DNA of 41,779 nucleotides from a virus: the UHGV virus genome UHGV-0015611. One strand, 5' to 3'. Position numbers and translations under genes: made by a program. The notes below the pieces were generated by a model. It saw nothing but the letters and a program-made list of their open reading frames with translations. It was not told where the DNA came from and searched no databases. Each line of letters starts with the position of its first letter. Positions within the stretch are counted from its first letter, which is position 1. This document shows positions 1-8,881 of the stretch, in pieces.

Positions 1-594
1 CCCCCCCTGGTTTTTAATTTCATCCAAAGTGTCACACTGTATCAAATTTGAAAATGTTGTGTTAATGTCAATCGTAGGGTCTTTAAATTTAGCATACATT
101 GCTAAAGCCAGGCCGACTCCTTTTGTATCTTCTTCATTGTTTTTTCCAAATGCAGCGTCAAGCTCATCCCCAGCTGTTTCTTTGATAAAAACCAAATATC
201 TTGGTAAAGCATTGGCAAGAGTTAAAGCATCTTGAGTGATTTCATTAATTTCTGACTTAGCTGTTGCAGGGGTTAAAAATTTAGTGTTGTTAATGCCTGC
301 CTTAGCCTCATCTTCAGTTGCTTTATCCAGAACCTTTTGGAGAACCGTGCTACTAAGATTATTAACAAATGTGCTAACAGCATCTGAGTCATTTGCATCG
401 TATCCATTGTTAACCATCATTTGGGCTATTGCATTAGCAACTAAAGTAGTTTGATATAATGTTTTGTTTTGAAGCTGTGAGCTTGCTACCCCTGATTGCA
501 CCCCCATAAGTCTTTGTGGGTCTGTAGCATAATCCCCATCAGATTTCATATTAGCTTTGTTTTCATCAAATAGTTTAATATTTGTGCTAGCCAT
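1..594 (-). CDS. Putative tail fibre/receptor-binding protein. The ORF is still open at position 1 and would be 199 aa if the sequence is circular.
   Basis: Minus-strand ATG at 594 with RBS AAGGAGG 6 nt upstream. The frame has no stop down to position 1. It is the last gene of the tail/baseplate block. Continuing the frame across the junction to 41779 gives Q then TAA. Confidence 0.45.
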   Translation of the reverse strand, partial: MASTNIKLFDENKANMKSDGDYATDPQRLMGVQSGVASSQLQNKTLYQTTLVANAIAQMMVNNGYDANDSDAVSTFVNNLSSTVLQKVLDKATEDEAKAGINNTKFLTPATAKSEINEITQDALTLANALPRYLVFIKETAGDELDAAFGKNNEEDTKGVGLALAMYAKFKDPTIDINTTFSNLIQCDTLDEIKNQGG

Positions 595-605
595 AATAGA
601 CCTCC

Positions 606-803
606 TTAAAGAACAATATACCAGTAGCTTCCTACCTGATAGTATTCTTTTACTTCTTTATCGAACAATTCAAAGAGCTCTAAGCCTGTTAAACTAATTA
701 CATCCCTTTCAATACCTTGTTTGGAAGCATCAATATAAATAATTTTAATGTAGCCAAGGTATGTGTCTATGAAAACCTTTTGAAACAAGTAACTTACCTT
801 CAT
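606..803 (-). CDS. Hypothetical small protein (65 aa)
   Basis: ORF in the same orientation, sitting between the baseplate and fibre genes. Confidence 0.3.
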   Translation of the reverse strand: MKVSYLFQKVFIDTYLGYIKIIYIDASKQGIERDVISLTGLELFELFDKEVKEYYQVGSYWYIVL

Positions 804-819
804 TTCTTTTCTTCCTCCT

Positions 820-1440
820 TTAACTAATTACCCAAGTGCCTTCATCCCAGCCAGCAATAAAGTCATTTTCCTTATCCCAGCCAAATGCCTTAGAGTTTTG
901 TATGTTGTAGTTAATTCTAACCCCAGAAGGTTTAGGAACTATGTAGCCTAAAGTAATTAAATCTTTAATTTCGTCCGTGATATTTGCATAAATTAAGTTT
1001 AGCGTGATAGTCATATCTTGATTGTCAATTAGCTCCCAAGGATAGTCAGGAAATATTTGACTTAAAATATTATTCATGCCTGAGAACGTGCCATCCCAAT
1101 TATTTTTAAGGATTTTAGCTTTTATAAGCATTCTGTAGATATCATCAGTTAATGGATTTGTGATATTTGCAGAGGTCGTAGGAAGTTTTCTGTTAATTCC
1201 AACCAATTGACCTAATACATCAAGCTGGGCTCCTACTGCAGTGTTTAAACCAAATAGCTCATTTGCTTGTAAATAGCAATTAACAATTCCTGAATTAGTT
1301 AATGGAATGTTTTGCCCTTCTTTTAAGGTGCCTTGACTTAATTGGTTTAAGAAAGCTGTAACATAAGCCTTGTACAATGGCTTTGTTTTATGCTGTGAAG
1401 TTATTAAGTCTAAATACTTCTCGTTATTATCAACCATCAT
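820..1440 (-). CDS. Baseplate/tail protein, gpI/DUF2313 (YmfQ/XkdU)-like. The likely start is MMVDNN at 1440, overlapping the upstream stop in an ATGA arrangement.
   Basis: It follows the baseplate J gene, as in PBSX/P2-like baseplate modules. The ATG overlaps the TGA of the upstream gene, and RBS AGAGGT precedes it. The track ORF extends to 1491. Confidence 0.45.
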   Translation of the reverse strand: MMVDNNEKYLDLITSQHKTKPLYKAYVTAFLNQLSQGTLKEGQNIPLTNSGIVNCYLQANELFGLNTAVGAQLDVLGQLVGINRKLPTTSANITNPLTDDIYRMLIKAKILKNNWDGTFSGMNNILSQIFPDYPWELIDNQDMTITLNLIYANITDEIKDLITLGYIVPKPSGVRINYNIQNSKAFGWDKENDFIAGWDEGTWVIS

Positions 1441-2609
1441 GATACCTCTACTGTAATGTTTGCTAAAGCAGTATTTGATACTTGGTTCCAAGCAATCTCA
1501 AAATCATCACTTGAGTAACTTGAGCCATCATCTGAGAAAGTAACTGCTGTAACTGAAAATGCAGGATTTAATAGACTTGGCATAACTCCCATAGCTATTG
1601 AAAATATTGAGCTCTTATAAACTGTTTCTGCTATTTGCATGTTATTAATGTATTCTGCAATAGCATTTTTTATGTCGTCAGTATAAGCAGTTGACCAAGA
1701 GTCTAAAGCAGTGATAGCTATTTTTACATAACATGTTTTGGTTGTTGGTCTTTCAAATCTAATTGTTATGCTAGAACCTGTTGTGGTTAAAAGTTCAGTA
1801 GCTGTATTGCCGTTGGTGTAACAACCAGGAGTTTTCTTGAAGTAAATTGTATCTGCAATGGTTTGAGTGTCGCCCCCTTCAACTACCACAGTAATAGAAT
1901 GGGCTGGATGTCCATATGAATTAACATCCCCTGTGTCATTCTCATAACCTTTGATGCGGGTTACTCCTTCTACATCTGCAATGCCAGCTAATATACCTTC
2001 AAATATTGAAGATGATGGTGAGTATGTAGAGTAAGCATAACGACCTCTTAACTCCATGTCTGATTCAACATTAGTTCCTGGATTGGCAGCCTGTGTATTG
2101 GTAACAGAAAGCCAGCCATAAACTGGGGTTTGTATCTTGTTAATTGTGTTTGGCAAAGCTATAATTTTGCCTGGCTCATGGGAAGTAGCAGAAACAATAA
2201 TAATGCCGTTATCTGGTATGGTAATAGATTCTGGTAAATCCCAAATATTAGTACCATCTGTTGCCTGACCATTAGTAATCACTGTGCCTGGGGAGCCTGT
2301 AACAGTAAGCTGAACTTGTGAGTATGTAGCAGGCTTCCTTGTAATACCAACCAAAGCACAAAGATTATCAAGTCCAATTCCAATTGCTGTGTTTGGAGTT
2401 CTATTGTTATAAACCAAAATACCAAGATTATTGGCATCATAGATTTTTCTTGCTAAGATTGAAATCTGCTGGTAATCCTGTGCATCAGGCCCTAAATAAA
2501 TATCATCGCCAAAGATTTGTTTCATTTGGGTAATTAAGTCGTCCCGGATATCCTCAAATGAAGGGGTATGTAATCCTGTACTATCTATATATGGTGTATA
2601 ATATGCCAT
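1437..2609 (-). CDS. Baseplate J-like protein (gp47/XkdT family)
   Basis: 390 aa with an N-terminus typical of Baseplate_J proteins (MAYYTPYIDSTGLHTPSFEDIRDDLI). It lies between the gp25-like and gpI-like genes. Confidence 0.6.
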   Translation of the reverse strand: MAYYTPYIDSTGLHTPSFEDIRDDLITQMKQIFGDDIYLGPDAQDYQQISILARKIYDANNLGILVYNNRTPNTAIGIGLDNLCALVGITRKPATYSQVQLTVTGSPGTVITNGQATDGTNIWDLPESITIPDNGIIIVSATSHEPGKIIALPNTINKIQTPVYGWLSVTNTQAANPGTNVESDMELRGRYAYSTYSPSSSIFEGILAGIADVEGVTRIKGYENDTGDVNSYGHPAHSITVVVEGGDTQTIADTIYFKKTPGCYTNGNTATELLTTTGSSITIRFERPTTKTCYVKIAITALDSWSTAYTDDIKNAIAEYINNMQIAETVYKSSIFSIAMGVMPSLLNPAFSVTAVTFSDDGSSYSSDDFEIAWNQVSNTALANITVEVS

Positions 2610-2962
2610 TATGCATTCACCTCAATTTCTTCTCCTGATGTTAATCTAACTGTTACTGTCATTGTAGCTTTCCTACCTTCTAATGTTACCTTAGAGTCTA
2701 ATAGGGTTTCTACTTCAGGGATTTCTTTAAGTCTTTTTTCAACCAACAAGCGGAATACTTCTGAAGTTGCTTGAGCATTTGAATTTCCCAAAATGCTTTC
2801 AAACATTGGTATTCCTAAGGAAGTATCCTCCCACCATTCCCCATAAAAGAGTAATAAGGATGTTTTAATCTTTTGAGCTATTGCTAACGTATCATGCGTA
2901 AAGTCATTTAAGTTAGCACCGAAGCTATAATCCCCTGTGTCAGTGAGTTTTCTATATTTCAT
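2609..2962 (-). CDS. Baseplate wedge protein, gpW/gp25-like (DUF2634/XkdS-like)
   Basis: 117 aa, immediately upstream of baseplate J. Its size and position match gp25-like proteins. Confidence 0.5.
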   Translation of the reverse strand: MKYRKLTDTGDYSFGANLNDFTHDTLAIAQKIKTSLLLFYGEWWEDTSLGIPMFESILGNSNAQATSEVFRLLVEKRLKEIPEVETLLDSKVTLEGRKATMTVTVRLTSGEEIEVNA

Positions 2963-2972
2963 AATTTTCTCC

Positions 2973-3653
2973 TTATGGTTTAGAAGTTGTGTAAGTAGTA
3001 TCCCCTACTGTAACTGTATGTGTATGATTAGAGTACTCCAATTTGTGCTGCATTAACTGGGTAGAAAGGGAGTAAGTTAAATCTTCTAAATCCTTAACCC
3101 TACCTTGCAACATCGTCATTGAAGCTTTAAGATTACTTATGTCATAATTGATTTGAGAAACATCTGTTTTTGCATAGGCTGTTTTAAACTCAATATTTGT
3201 TTTGGTAAAGTTTATTTGAACCTTGGGGGTTAACCCTTGTTTTGGTAAACTTAATGAGCAAGGTATTGCAATACCATCCGAAAGGTCATGCCTGCGAGCC
3301 TCAATAGGGTTTTGAATGTTTCCTTTCTCCCAAAAATTGTCTATGCTAAGGTCTGAGAAGATAACTAAAACCTCATCCCCTTTGCTAATTGGGAACTTAA
3401 TGCCATAAAGTCCTGTATGGGGGAAGACAACAGGGACATTAATTAGTAGAGGTAAATTAACATATTGGGTAGTGTTATCCGAATTTATGATGTTCTCCCG
3501 AATAGCAGGTTGACATTCTATAGTGTTATTATCACTGTCATAAGATTGGACTATACATGGAATGGAACATCTAATCCGATAACCTGATTCGCTAACTATT
3601 TCATCATATGTTCTAGCAGCACTGCCTTGTGTTTGTGAAAGTCTATGTGACAT
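2973..3653 (-). CDS. Putative baseplate hub/spike-associated protein (226 aa)
   Basis: Assigned from its position between the M23 tail lysin and the gp25-like gene. No diagnostic motif was recognised. Confidence 0.3.
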   Translation of the reverse strand: MSHRLSQTQGSAARTYDEIVSESGYRIRCSIPCIVQSYDSDNNTIECQPAIRENIINSDNTTQYVNLPLLINVPVVFPHTGLYGIKFPISKGDEVLVIFSDLSIDNFWEKGNIQNPIEARRHDLSDGIAIPCSLSLPKQGLTPKVQINFTKTNIEFKTAYAKTDVSQINYDISNLKASMTMLQGRVKDLEDLTYSLSTQLMQHKLEYSNHTHTVTVGDTTYTTSKP

Positions 3654-3802
3654 TACTTCTCCTTTGTCATTTTAATGGCTTTGGTTAACAGTTTAGCAGC
3701 CTTAAGAGTAGCATAAGTTTTAATAAAGTCTTTTGGGACTTCTTTTAAAAGGTCTTCAAGTTCCTCTGATTTTTCTCTGTATTCTTTTGCAAAATCCTTC
3801 AT
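3653..3802 (-). CDS. Small hypothetical protein (49 aa, MKDFAKEYREKSEELEDLLKEVPKDFIKTYATLKAAKLLTKAIKMTKEK). It is not in the ORF track.
   Basis: RBS GGAGG (plus 3809-3813) lies 6 nt before the ATG at 3802. Its TAA overlaps the ATG of the next gene (TAATG). A sigma-A promoter sits immediately upstream at 3831-3859. Confidence 0.35.
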   Translation of the reverse strand: MKDFAKEYREKSEELEDLLKEVPKDFIKTYATLKAAKLLTKAIKMTKEK

Positions 3803-3830
3803 ATTTTACCTCCATGTTTTATTTTGTATA

Positions 3831-3859
3831 TTATATCATAACATAAAAGTATTGTAAAG
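3831..3859 (-). promoter_or_regulatory. Sigma-A-type promoter (-35 TTTACA, 17-bp spacer, -10 TGaTATAAT)
   Basis: On the minus strand the -10 is at 3831-3836 and the -35 at 3854-3859. It belongs to the conserved promoter family. Confidence 0.55.
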
Positions 3860-3866
3860 GCAAAAT

Positions 3867-5372
3867 TTAATTTATGAAAGTTCCAGAGTTTTGGGCCAAG
3901 CCAGGTAATGTTCCCACCTGTGTTATAGCATCTATATTTAAATACCAATCAGAACCCCAAGTATCACCTGTGTACTGAATTTTGATTACTCTGTAAATTC
4001 CATCTGCATCAAGTGGAATTTGATATGAGCCTAATGAAAGCCTTGCTGTTCTTACTTTAGTGTTATCTATGTGAAACAAAGAATTGATTTTAATTAAAGG
4101 GTTCATTAAGCATTGGCAAGTAATGCCTTGTTGACTTTGGGAAGGTGAGCCAACTAAGCCTGACTCTGGGGTTAAATCAAAGATTTCATTATTTGAAATA
4201 TCTGTAGCTGAAACTATATTCGCTTGCCCATTTTCAATATAGTAAGTTGAGTCCGTTGTTCTCTCTATCTGTTTTAAGAGTACATCAGAAACTCCAAACA
4301 ATACTTTGCCCCTTGGATATGTAATTTCATTTGTTTTATTTGTAATAACTCCTTGATTTATTGGTGAGGTTATGGCATTTACTGCCTGCCTCATTGAAGA
4401 TTGGGCTATAATTGTTGTGTTAGTTACATTGTATAGAGAATATACATAGGTGTCATAAGCAATGATAGAAAGAACAAAATCTGTGCCATTTTCTTTAGCT
4501 CTAAGCGTTTGAAATACATTGCCTGTATAAATTTGACCGTAAAACTCTCCTGCATATCCAGCTTCGATTGTAACTTTATCCCCTTCCTGAATGATTCTGT
4601 TTTCATCGTTAGCATTTAAATTATAAACAGAAACCATGCAGTAATCTTCCTTACGCTCCCAAGATTTAGTTATTTCAAATGTGCATCGAAGGGAAGAGAT
4701 GTCTAAAGTTTGACCTGATTTAAGAGTAACAAAGATGCGATACTTCCTACCATACATAAGGTCATATGAAGTACCAGTCAATCCATCTATTTTGTAATGC
4801 TCCCCAGACTCTGTAATTTGTGAAAGGGTATTATTCGCTTGTTCATATTCAGTTTGCTGAACCTCCCCAGCTGTAAGCATACCTGAGCCATCAAGCTGTG
4901 TGTGCTTTTTGTCCAAATACTCTGTAGCCAAGGTGCCAAAGTAAACCATAGGGTTAATGTAATAAGCATTTCTATTTTTTTGAGTTTCTGAGAAGCTCGG
5001 GGATTTGCTAACTTCAAAATGAAGATGGGCTCCAGAACCAACTCCCGTATTTCCCATGTACCCAACAGGGGTTTTAGCATTTACCTTTTGCCCTGTCGTT
5101 ACATAAGTTTTAGCTAAGTGCTGATACATTGTTCCGAACCCATCTTCAGTTGATATCCAAACATATTTGCCTCTTGTTTTATTGTAACCAACTTCTGTAA
5201 CTGTTCCCGGGGAAACTGCAACTACTGTCCAATCCCCAAGAGAAACCAAGTCAACCCCTTTATGGTCAGTACTTGCCCCAGCTATTCCTGTATTTCTTGG
5301 ACCAAACCTTGATGTTATTTTGAACTTTCCTAAAAAGGGGTAGCATCTGCCTAATTGATTGTTAGTACTCAC
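3867..5372 (-). CDS. Tail-associated peptidoglycan hydrolase with an N-terminal M23 peptidase domain
   Basis: Carries M23 motifs HKGVD and GAHLHFEV. It is 501 aa and sits downstream of the tape measure gene in the tail module. Confidence 0.6.
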   Translation of the reverse strand: MSTNNQLGRCYPFLGKFKITSRFGPRNTGIAGASTDHKGVDLVSLGDWTVVAVSPGTVTEVGYNKTRGKYVWISTEDGFGTMYQHLAKTYVTTGQKVNAKTPVGYMGNTGVGSGAHLHFEVSKSPSFSETQKNRNAYYINPMVYFGTLATEYLDKKHTQLDGSGMLTAGEVQQTEYEQANNTLSQITESGEHYKIDGLTGTSYDLMYGRKYRIFVTLKSGQTLDISSLRCTFEITKSWERKEDYCMVSVYNLNANDENRIIQEGDKVTIEAGYAGEFYGQIYTGNVFQTLRAKENGTDFVLSIIAYDTYVYSLYNVTNTTIIAQSSMRQAVNAITSPINQGVITNKTNEITYPRGKVLFGVSDVLLKQIERTTDSTYYIENGQANIVSATDISNNEIFDLTPESGLVGSPSQSQQGITCQCLMNPLIKINSLFHIDNTKVRTARLSLGSYQIPLDADGIYRVIKIQYTGDTWGSDWYLNIDAITQVGTLPGLAQNSGTFIN

Positions 5373-5703
5373 TATTATCCCCCCATATCATTAGGTATGT
5401 TTGGCCAAGGTTTGTATCATTAGGCATTGTATTTTGCTCTTCGCTTGTTGGGGCTATAATGCAAAATCCAATTCTTAAGTAGTCCAATTGACAAAATGTA
5501 TCTGCAAACCTTGATTGGGAAGCTAACAAAGGGATGTTGGTTAAAATCTCCAAATTATCAATTAGCCTTGTTAAAGTCATAAGCCAGTATCCAGCTTGGT
5601 CATTGTAGGTTAAGAAGAATTTAAACCTAACATTCTCACCATTTACTGGAATATTGCAAGTGAAAGTTTGATTTGGTGAAGTTGTTAATGGAATTTTATA
5701 CAT
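5362..5703 (-). CDS. Hypothetical tail protein (113 aa)
   Basis: Lies in the tail module and is translationally coupled to its neighbours. Confidence 0.3.
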   Translation of the reverse strand: MYKIPLTTSPNQTFTCNIPVNGENVRFKFFLTYNDQAGYWLMTLTRLIDNLEILTNIPLLASQSRFADTFCQLDYLRIGFCIIAPTSEEQNTMPNDTNLGQTYLMIWGDNSEY

Positions 5704-6275
5704 TAGTTGTTACCTCTAAACAAATAGTATAATGCTGATACGTTTGTTGATTGGGGGTTAACCTCTGGTAAACTAGTTTTATTAGTTGTTTGTGGGGCAG
5801 AACTTATTTTTAAAGTTCTTACTCTTGCTATTGGAATTTCTCTAAGAGTTACATCTGCGTTTAAAGCATTATATGTTTCGTATGTATCCGTTGCTGTTAT
5901 TCTCTGAATTAACATGTTATCATAGAGGCCTAATTTTGTTAAAACGGAAACTGGAATTCTATCTGCCTGGATTTGTTTTAAAAGGTTCCAAGCATTTACA
6001 TGCCTTGCTAATGAACCTGAAAATTGACCTTCAATGAAAGAAGCATGTACATCAGAAACCATGATATTCATGGAAAGCTCTGCTGGCTTAATGTAAGCAT
6101 GGTCAACTATCGAAGCCCCTGTTTCAACTGGGTGCTCTGTAATTTGGGCCTCTATACTATGGTCTATTTTGATGAAACCATCAAAGAAGTAACCCCCAAT
6201 ATTAGTCTTGCAATAAAGGAGAGCATTGTATGTCATTCCATTTGTGTTTGTAGCAGATATTGCTCTATATGCCAT
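5703..6275 (-). CDS. Hypothetical tail protein (190 aa), probably a distal tail protein by position
   Basis: Immediately downstream of the tape measure gene. Confidence 0.35.
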   Translation of the reverse strand: MAYRAISATNTNGMTYNALLYCKTNIGGYFFDGFIKIDHSIEAQITEHPVETGASIVDHAYIKPAELSMNIMVSDVHASFIEGQFSGSLARHVNAWNLLKQIQADRIPVSVLTKLGLYDNMLIQRITATDTYETYNALNADVTLREIPIARVRTLKISSAPQTTNKTSLPEVNPQSTNVSALYYLFRGNN

Positions 6276-6285
6276 AATTACCTCC

Positions 6286-7695
6286 TTAAACTATTGGGGA
6301 AGGGCCAAACCAATTTGCTTGAATAATTCCGTTAGCCTTTTTAGTTTGAAGACTAGCAGCCTCCTCAGGACTTTTCACGTTATTAGTTGAGTTGTCATAG
6401 TAGTTGATACTATTATTGGATGTAGGATTATACCATTGCTGGGTCCCCATGCCTGCCATGTTTGTAAGGGTTTGTTGCATCATACCTGTTCCCGGTAAAA
6501 ATCTTAAAGCCCCCGCAAGGGAGTTAAGAAGTAAGTTTTTGATAAATGAGTTAGAGTTTGGTGAAGCACCCTCTAGGGTTTTATCCCCTGTGCCGAAAAA
6601 CTCTTTAATAGGTTTAGAAATTTTATTCCAAATTACTCCAAGTTGATTTAAAGCTTCAATAACAGTTTTTATTTGAACTGCCCAGTCTGCAAAGTAATTG
6701 ACTACAAATTGAAGTAAACTAATTCCTGCATCTGAGAATAATCCTTGTAAGTCAAAAGCATCAACAAATTCTTTCCATGTCTCGGTTAATTCCGTAATAG
6801 CTTTATCAAAACCTCCCCAGTCAAGTAAAGCTTTACCCCCTGATTTCCAAGTTAAGTAATCATCGATGAATAAGGCAATTAACGTGAGTATGCTTAAAAT
6901 CTTTCCTAAGGGGCCTAAAGCAAATGCTCCTATCAAAGGAAGTAGTTTAACAAACCCCGGCATTTTATCAAAGATTTTAAGTAAGTCAATGACTACTTTG
7001 CCTATTACTACTGCTACTTTGCCTAGGGCTATTGATAATCTAAGAACTAAAGTAAGAACTTGGGCTATGTTCTTTGCTATAGTAGGCATGTTCTTGATAA
7101 GTTTGTCAATAAATTCGCTTATTTGATTTTTTAGTTTAATAAGCTCTGGGCCCATTGCTTGACCTATATAATAAACTACCCATCTTCTTGCATTATTAAC
7201 TAAAATATTAAAGCGTTTAACCTGAAAAGCTAAAGAACTGAAAAGCTCTGTTGTTTCTTTTAACCCTTCTGGAGCTTTAATTTGTTGGCCTAATTGGATA
7301 AGCTCTTTGTACTGGCTTATAGTTTGTTCATCAGCCCAAAACAAATCTTCATAATCTGTAATGCCTATATCTTTAAACTGGGCTAAAGACTCGTTATAAG
7401 CCATCATTGTGTCTGCATTAACAAAATATTGTTTGGCAGCCATTCTGTTGATTTTATCAAGCTTAGTTGTTTCGTTTATAAGATTAGTTGTGGCCTTGGT
7501 AACAGCTGTAAGAGCAGATACTGCGATTCCTGCTGCAGCCATATAGCCTTTGCCAGCCCCTTTAGTCCAACCATCAATTTTAGTAAACAAGTCCCCAATG
7601 AGCTTTTGGGCTTTATTCATGCCTTGTTTATCAACATCCCAACCAATTGCTACTAAGTATTGGCTTGCATTGTTTGCTAAGTTGTTAAAAGCCAT
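6286..7695 (-). CDS. Tail tape measure protein
   Basis: 469 aa, alpha-helical, with a hydrophobic central segment (VLTLVLRLSIALGKVAVVIGKVVIDLL). It follows the chaperone frameshift pair. Confidence 0.55.
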   Translation of the reverse strand: MAFNNLANNASQYLVAIGWDVDKQGMNKAQKLIGDLFTKIDGWTKGAGKGYMAAAGIAVSALTAVTKATTNLINETTKLDKINRMAAKQYFVNADTMMAYNESLAQFKDIGITDYEDLFWADEQTISQYKELIQLGQQIKAPEGLKETTELFSSLAFQVKRFNILVNNARRWVVYYIGQAMGPELIKLKNQISEFIDKLIKNMPTIAKNIAQVLTLVLRLSIALGKVAVVIGKVVIDLLKIFDKMPGFVKLLPLIGAFALGPLGKILSILTLIALFIDDYLTWKSGGKALLDWGGFDKAITELTETWKEFVDAFDLQGLFSDAGISLLQFVVNYFADWAVQIKTVIEALNQLGVIWNKISKPIKEFFGTGDKTLEGASPNSNSFIKNLLLNSLAGALRFLPGTGMMQQTLTNMAGMGTQQWYNPTSNNSINYYDNSTNNVKSPEEAASLQTKKANGIIQANWFGPSPIV

Positions 7696-7696
7696 G

Positions 7697-8313
7697 TTAG
7701 CTCCTTTCTATAAGGTCTTGTTGTCTAAGTTCGTTTTCGGATTTAACCTCAATTATTTCTATGGCATCTAACCAATCGTTAAAGGTGTAAGTCCCGTCCC
7801 AGAGTTCATGTTGTTTCCACATGCCTTGAATTACTGGTAAGTAAAGTAAAGCATTTAAGTTAGGGTATGTGCAAACCTCAAACTCTACTGCTTTGTGAAG
7901 TTTTCTAGTGACGGGAGTTCTCCGAAAAAATCCTTAAAGTTAAATGCAATAGAAGCTCCTAAAAGTCTTAGTGTTAAACCAAGAGTAATATCTGTAATAC
8001 CATATGTTCCATTTTCCCGAAGAACTGGGGTAGTGTTACCTCCTGGAAGCTCCTCTGAGATAGTTTTTAAAATATCTTTCTGAAGCTGCATAAAATCTTC
8101 TTTAGCCATAGGCTTTTGTGTGCCAAAACTAGGTAAAGCTGATTCGCCTTCACTTCCTAAGTTTAATTGGCTTTTGATAATTTCTCCTAGCCCAAGTGGG
8201 AGAGCAAAAGCAAGAAGTTGAGTTAAAATGTAATTGCCTTCCATTGGGTCGTAAGAAGAAATGATGAAGGTTCTTCCATTTTCTTTGTATCGTTTTGTTG
8301 TTTCCCTACTCAT
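7697..8313 (-). CDS. Tail assembly chaperone, long form made by a -1 programmed ribosomal frameshift (gpGT-like)
   Basis: The slippery heptamer T_TTT_TTC lies at 7924-7930 on the minus strand, in frame as X_XXY_YYZ. The -1 frame stays open for 74 more codons and ends with a TAA at 7697-7699, which is 1 nt before the tape measure ATG. Confidence 0.6.
7885..8313 (-). CDS. Tail assembly chaperone, short form (XkdN/gpG-like)
   Basis: 142 aa between the tube and tape measure genes. It carries a slippery heptamer near its 3' end. Confidence 0.55.
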   Translation of the reverse strand: MSRETTKRYKENGRTFIISSYDPMEGNYILTQLLAFALPLGLGEIIKSQLNLGSEGESALPSFGTQKPMAKEDFMQLQKDILKTISEELPGGNTTPVLRENGTYGITDITLGLTLRLLGASIAFNFKDFFGELPSLENFTKQ

Positions 8314-8393
8314 TTTTATGTTCTCCTTAAAAGCTCTAATTTTAATTTTAAGGCCCTTTTATTTTATTGCCTAAGGTTTTATATTAAAGTTAT

Positions 8394-8435
8394 AAAAACT
8401 TTTCTTATAGGCCCAAATAGGGGCCAATTACGAGC
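8394..8435. repeat. Degenerate copy of the dispersed element, lying between the tube and chaperone genes
   Basis: AAAAACTTTTCTTATAGGCCCAAATAGGGGCCAATTACGAGC. It includes the hairpin GGCCC-aaatag-GGGCC. Confidence 0.4.
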
Positions 8436-8436
8436 T

Positions 8437-8871
8437 TTAATTATTAGTGATGTTAGCTGCCATAATGTTCCATGTAATTGTTTGAGCTTCACTTGCAAAT
8501 GTTTCTGAGGGCATTTGCTGGTGGGAGCATCCTGTTGCTACGTAACTATCACCAGTGGACCTATTTGTTATAGTAATAGTTGTGTCTGCAAATACAGAAG
8601 CTGAAGATTGCTCCAAAATCTTAGCCCAACGTTTAAGCCAAGCATTAAAGTCACTAGACTGTAAAATCTGAAACTCAATAGAGCCGTTCTTAACTGCAAA
8701 CTTGGAAACTACTACAGCTAAGTCAGCAGCTACTGCATGCGAAGTAACATTGCCATCATAGCTAATAGAAACCTGGCCAATGCCTGTTCCGTATGCTGAG
8801 TAGTTTCCAACATTAGGATGGCTGATTGTTACTGTAGTGTCCTCAAAGGAGTAAGTAAATGTTTTAGCCAT
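8437..8871 (-). CDS. Tail tube protein (XkdM-like)
   Basis: 144 aa, immediately after the sheath gene. Confidence 0.5.
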   Translation of the reverse strand: MAKTFTYSFEDTTVTISHPNVGNYSAYGTGIGQVSISYDGNVTSHAVAADLAVVVSKFAVKNGSIEFQILQSSDFNAWLKRWAKILEQSSASVFADTTITITNRSTGDSYVATGCSHQQMPSETFASEAQTITWNIMAANITNN

Positions 8872-8881
8872 TATTGCCCTC

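Noticed and set aside
1-10. Poly-C run at the start of the window
   Set aside because: It is most likely an assembly or end artefact. In the minus frame it encodes Gly-Gly at the end of the open frame, and no biological signal is inferred from it.
4424-5080. Nested minus-strand ORFs 4424..4615 and 4787..5080 inside the M23 tail lysin gene
   Set aside because: They are out-of-frame ORFs wholly inside a well-supported 501-aa gene, with no RBS and hydrophobic or low-complexity translations
6024-7771. Plus-strand ORFs overlapping the tape measure and tail genes (6024..6326, 6404..6646, 6866..7126, 7429..7656, 7550..7771)
   Set aside because: All are antisense to strongly supported minus-strand genes in a genome where no plus-strand gene has an RBS or promoter. 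They are treated as spurious.
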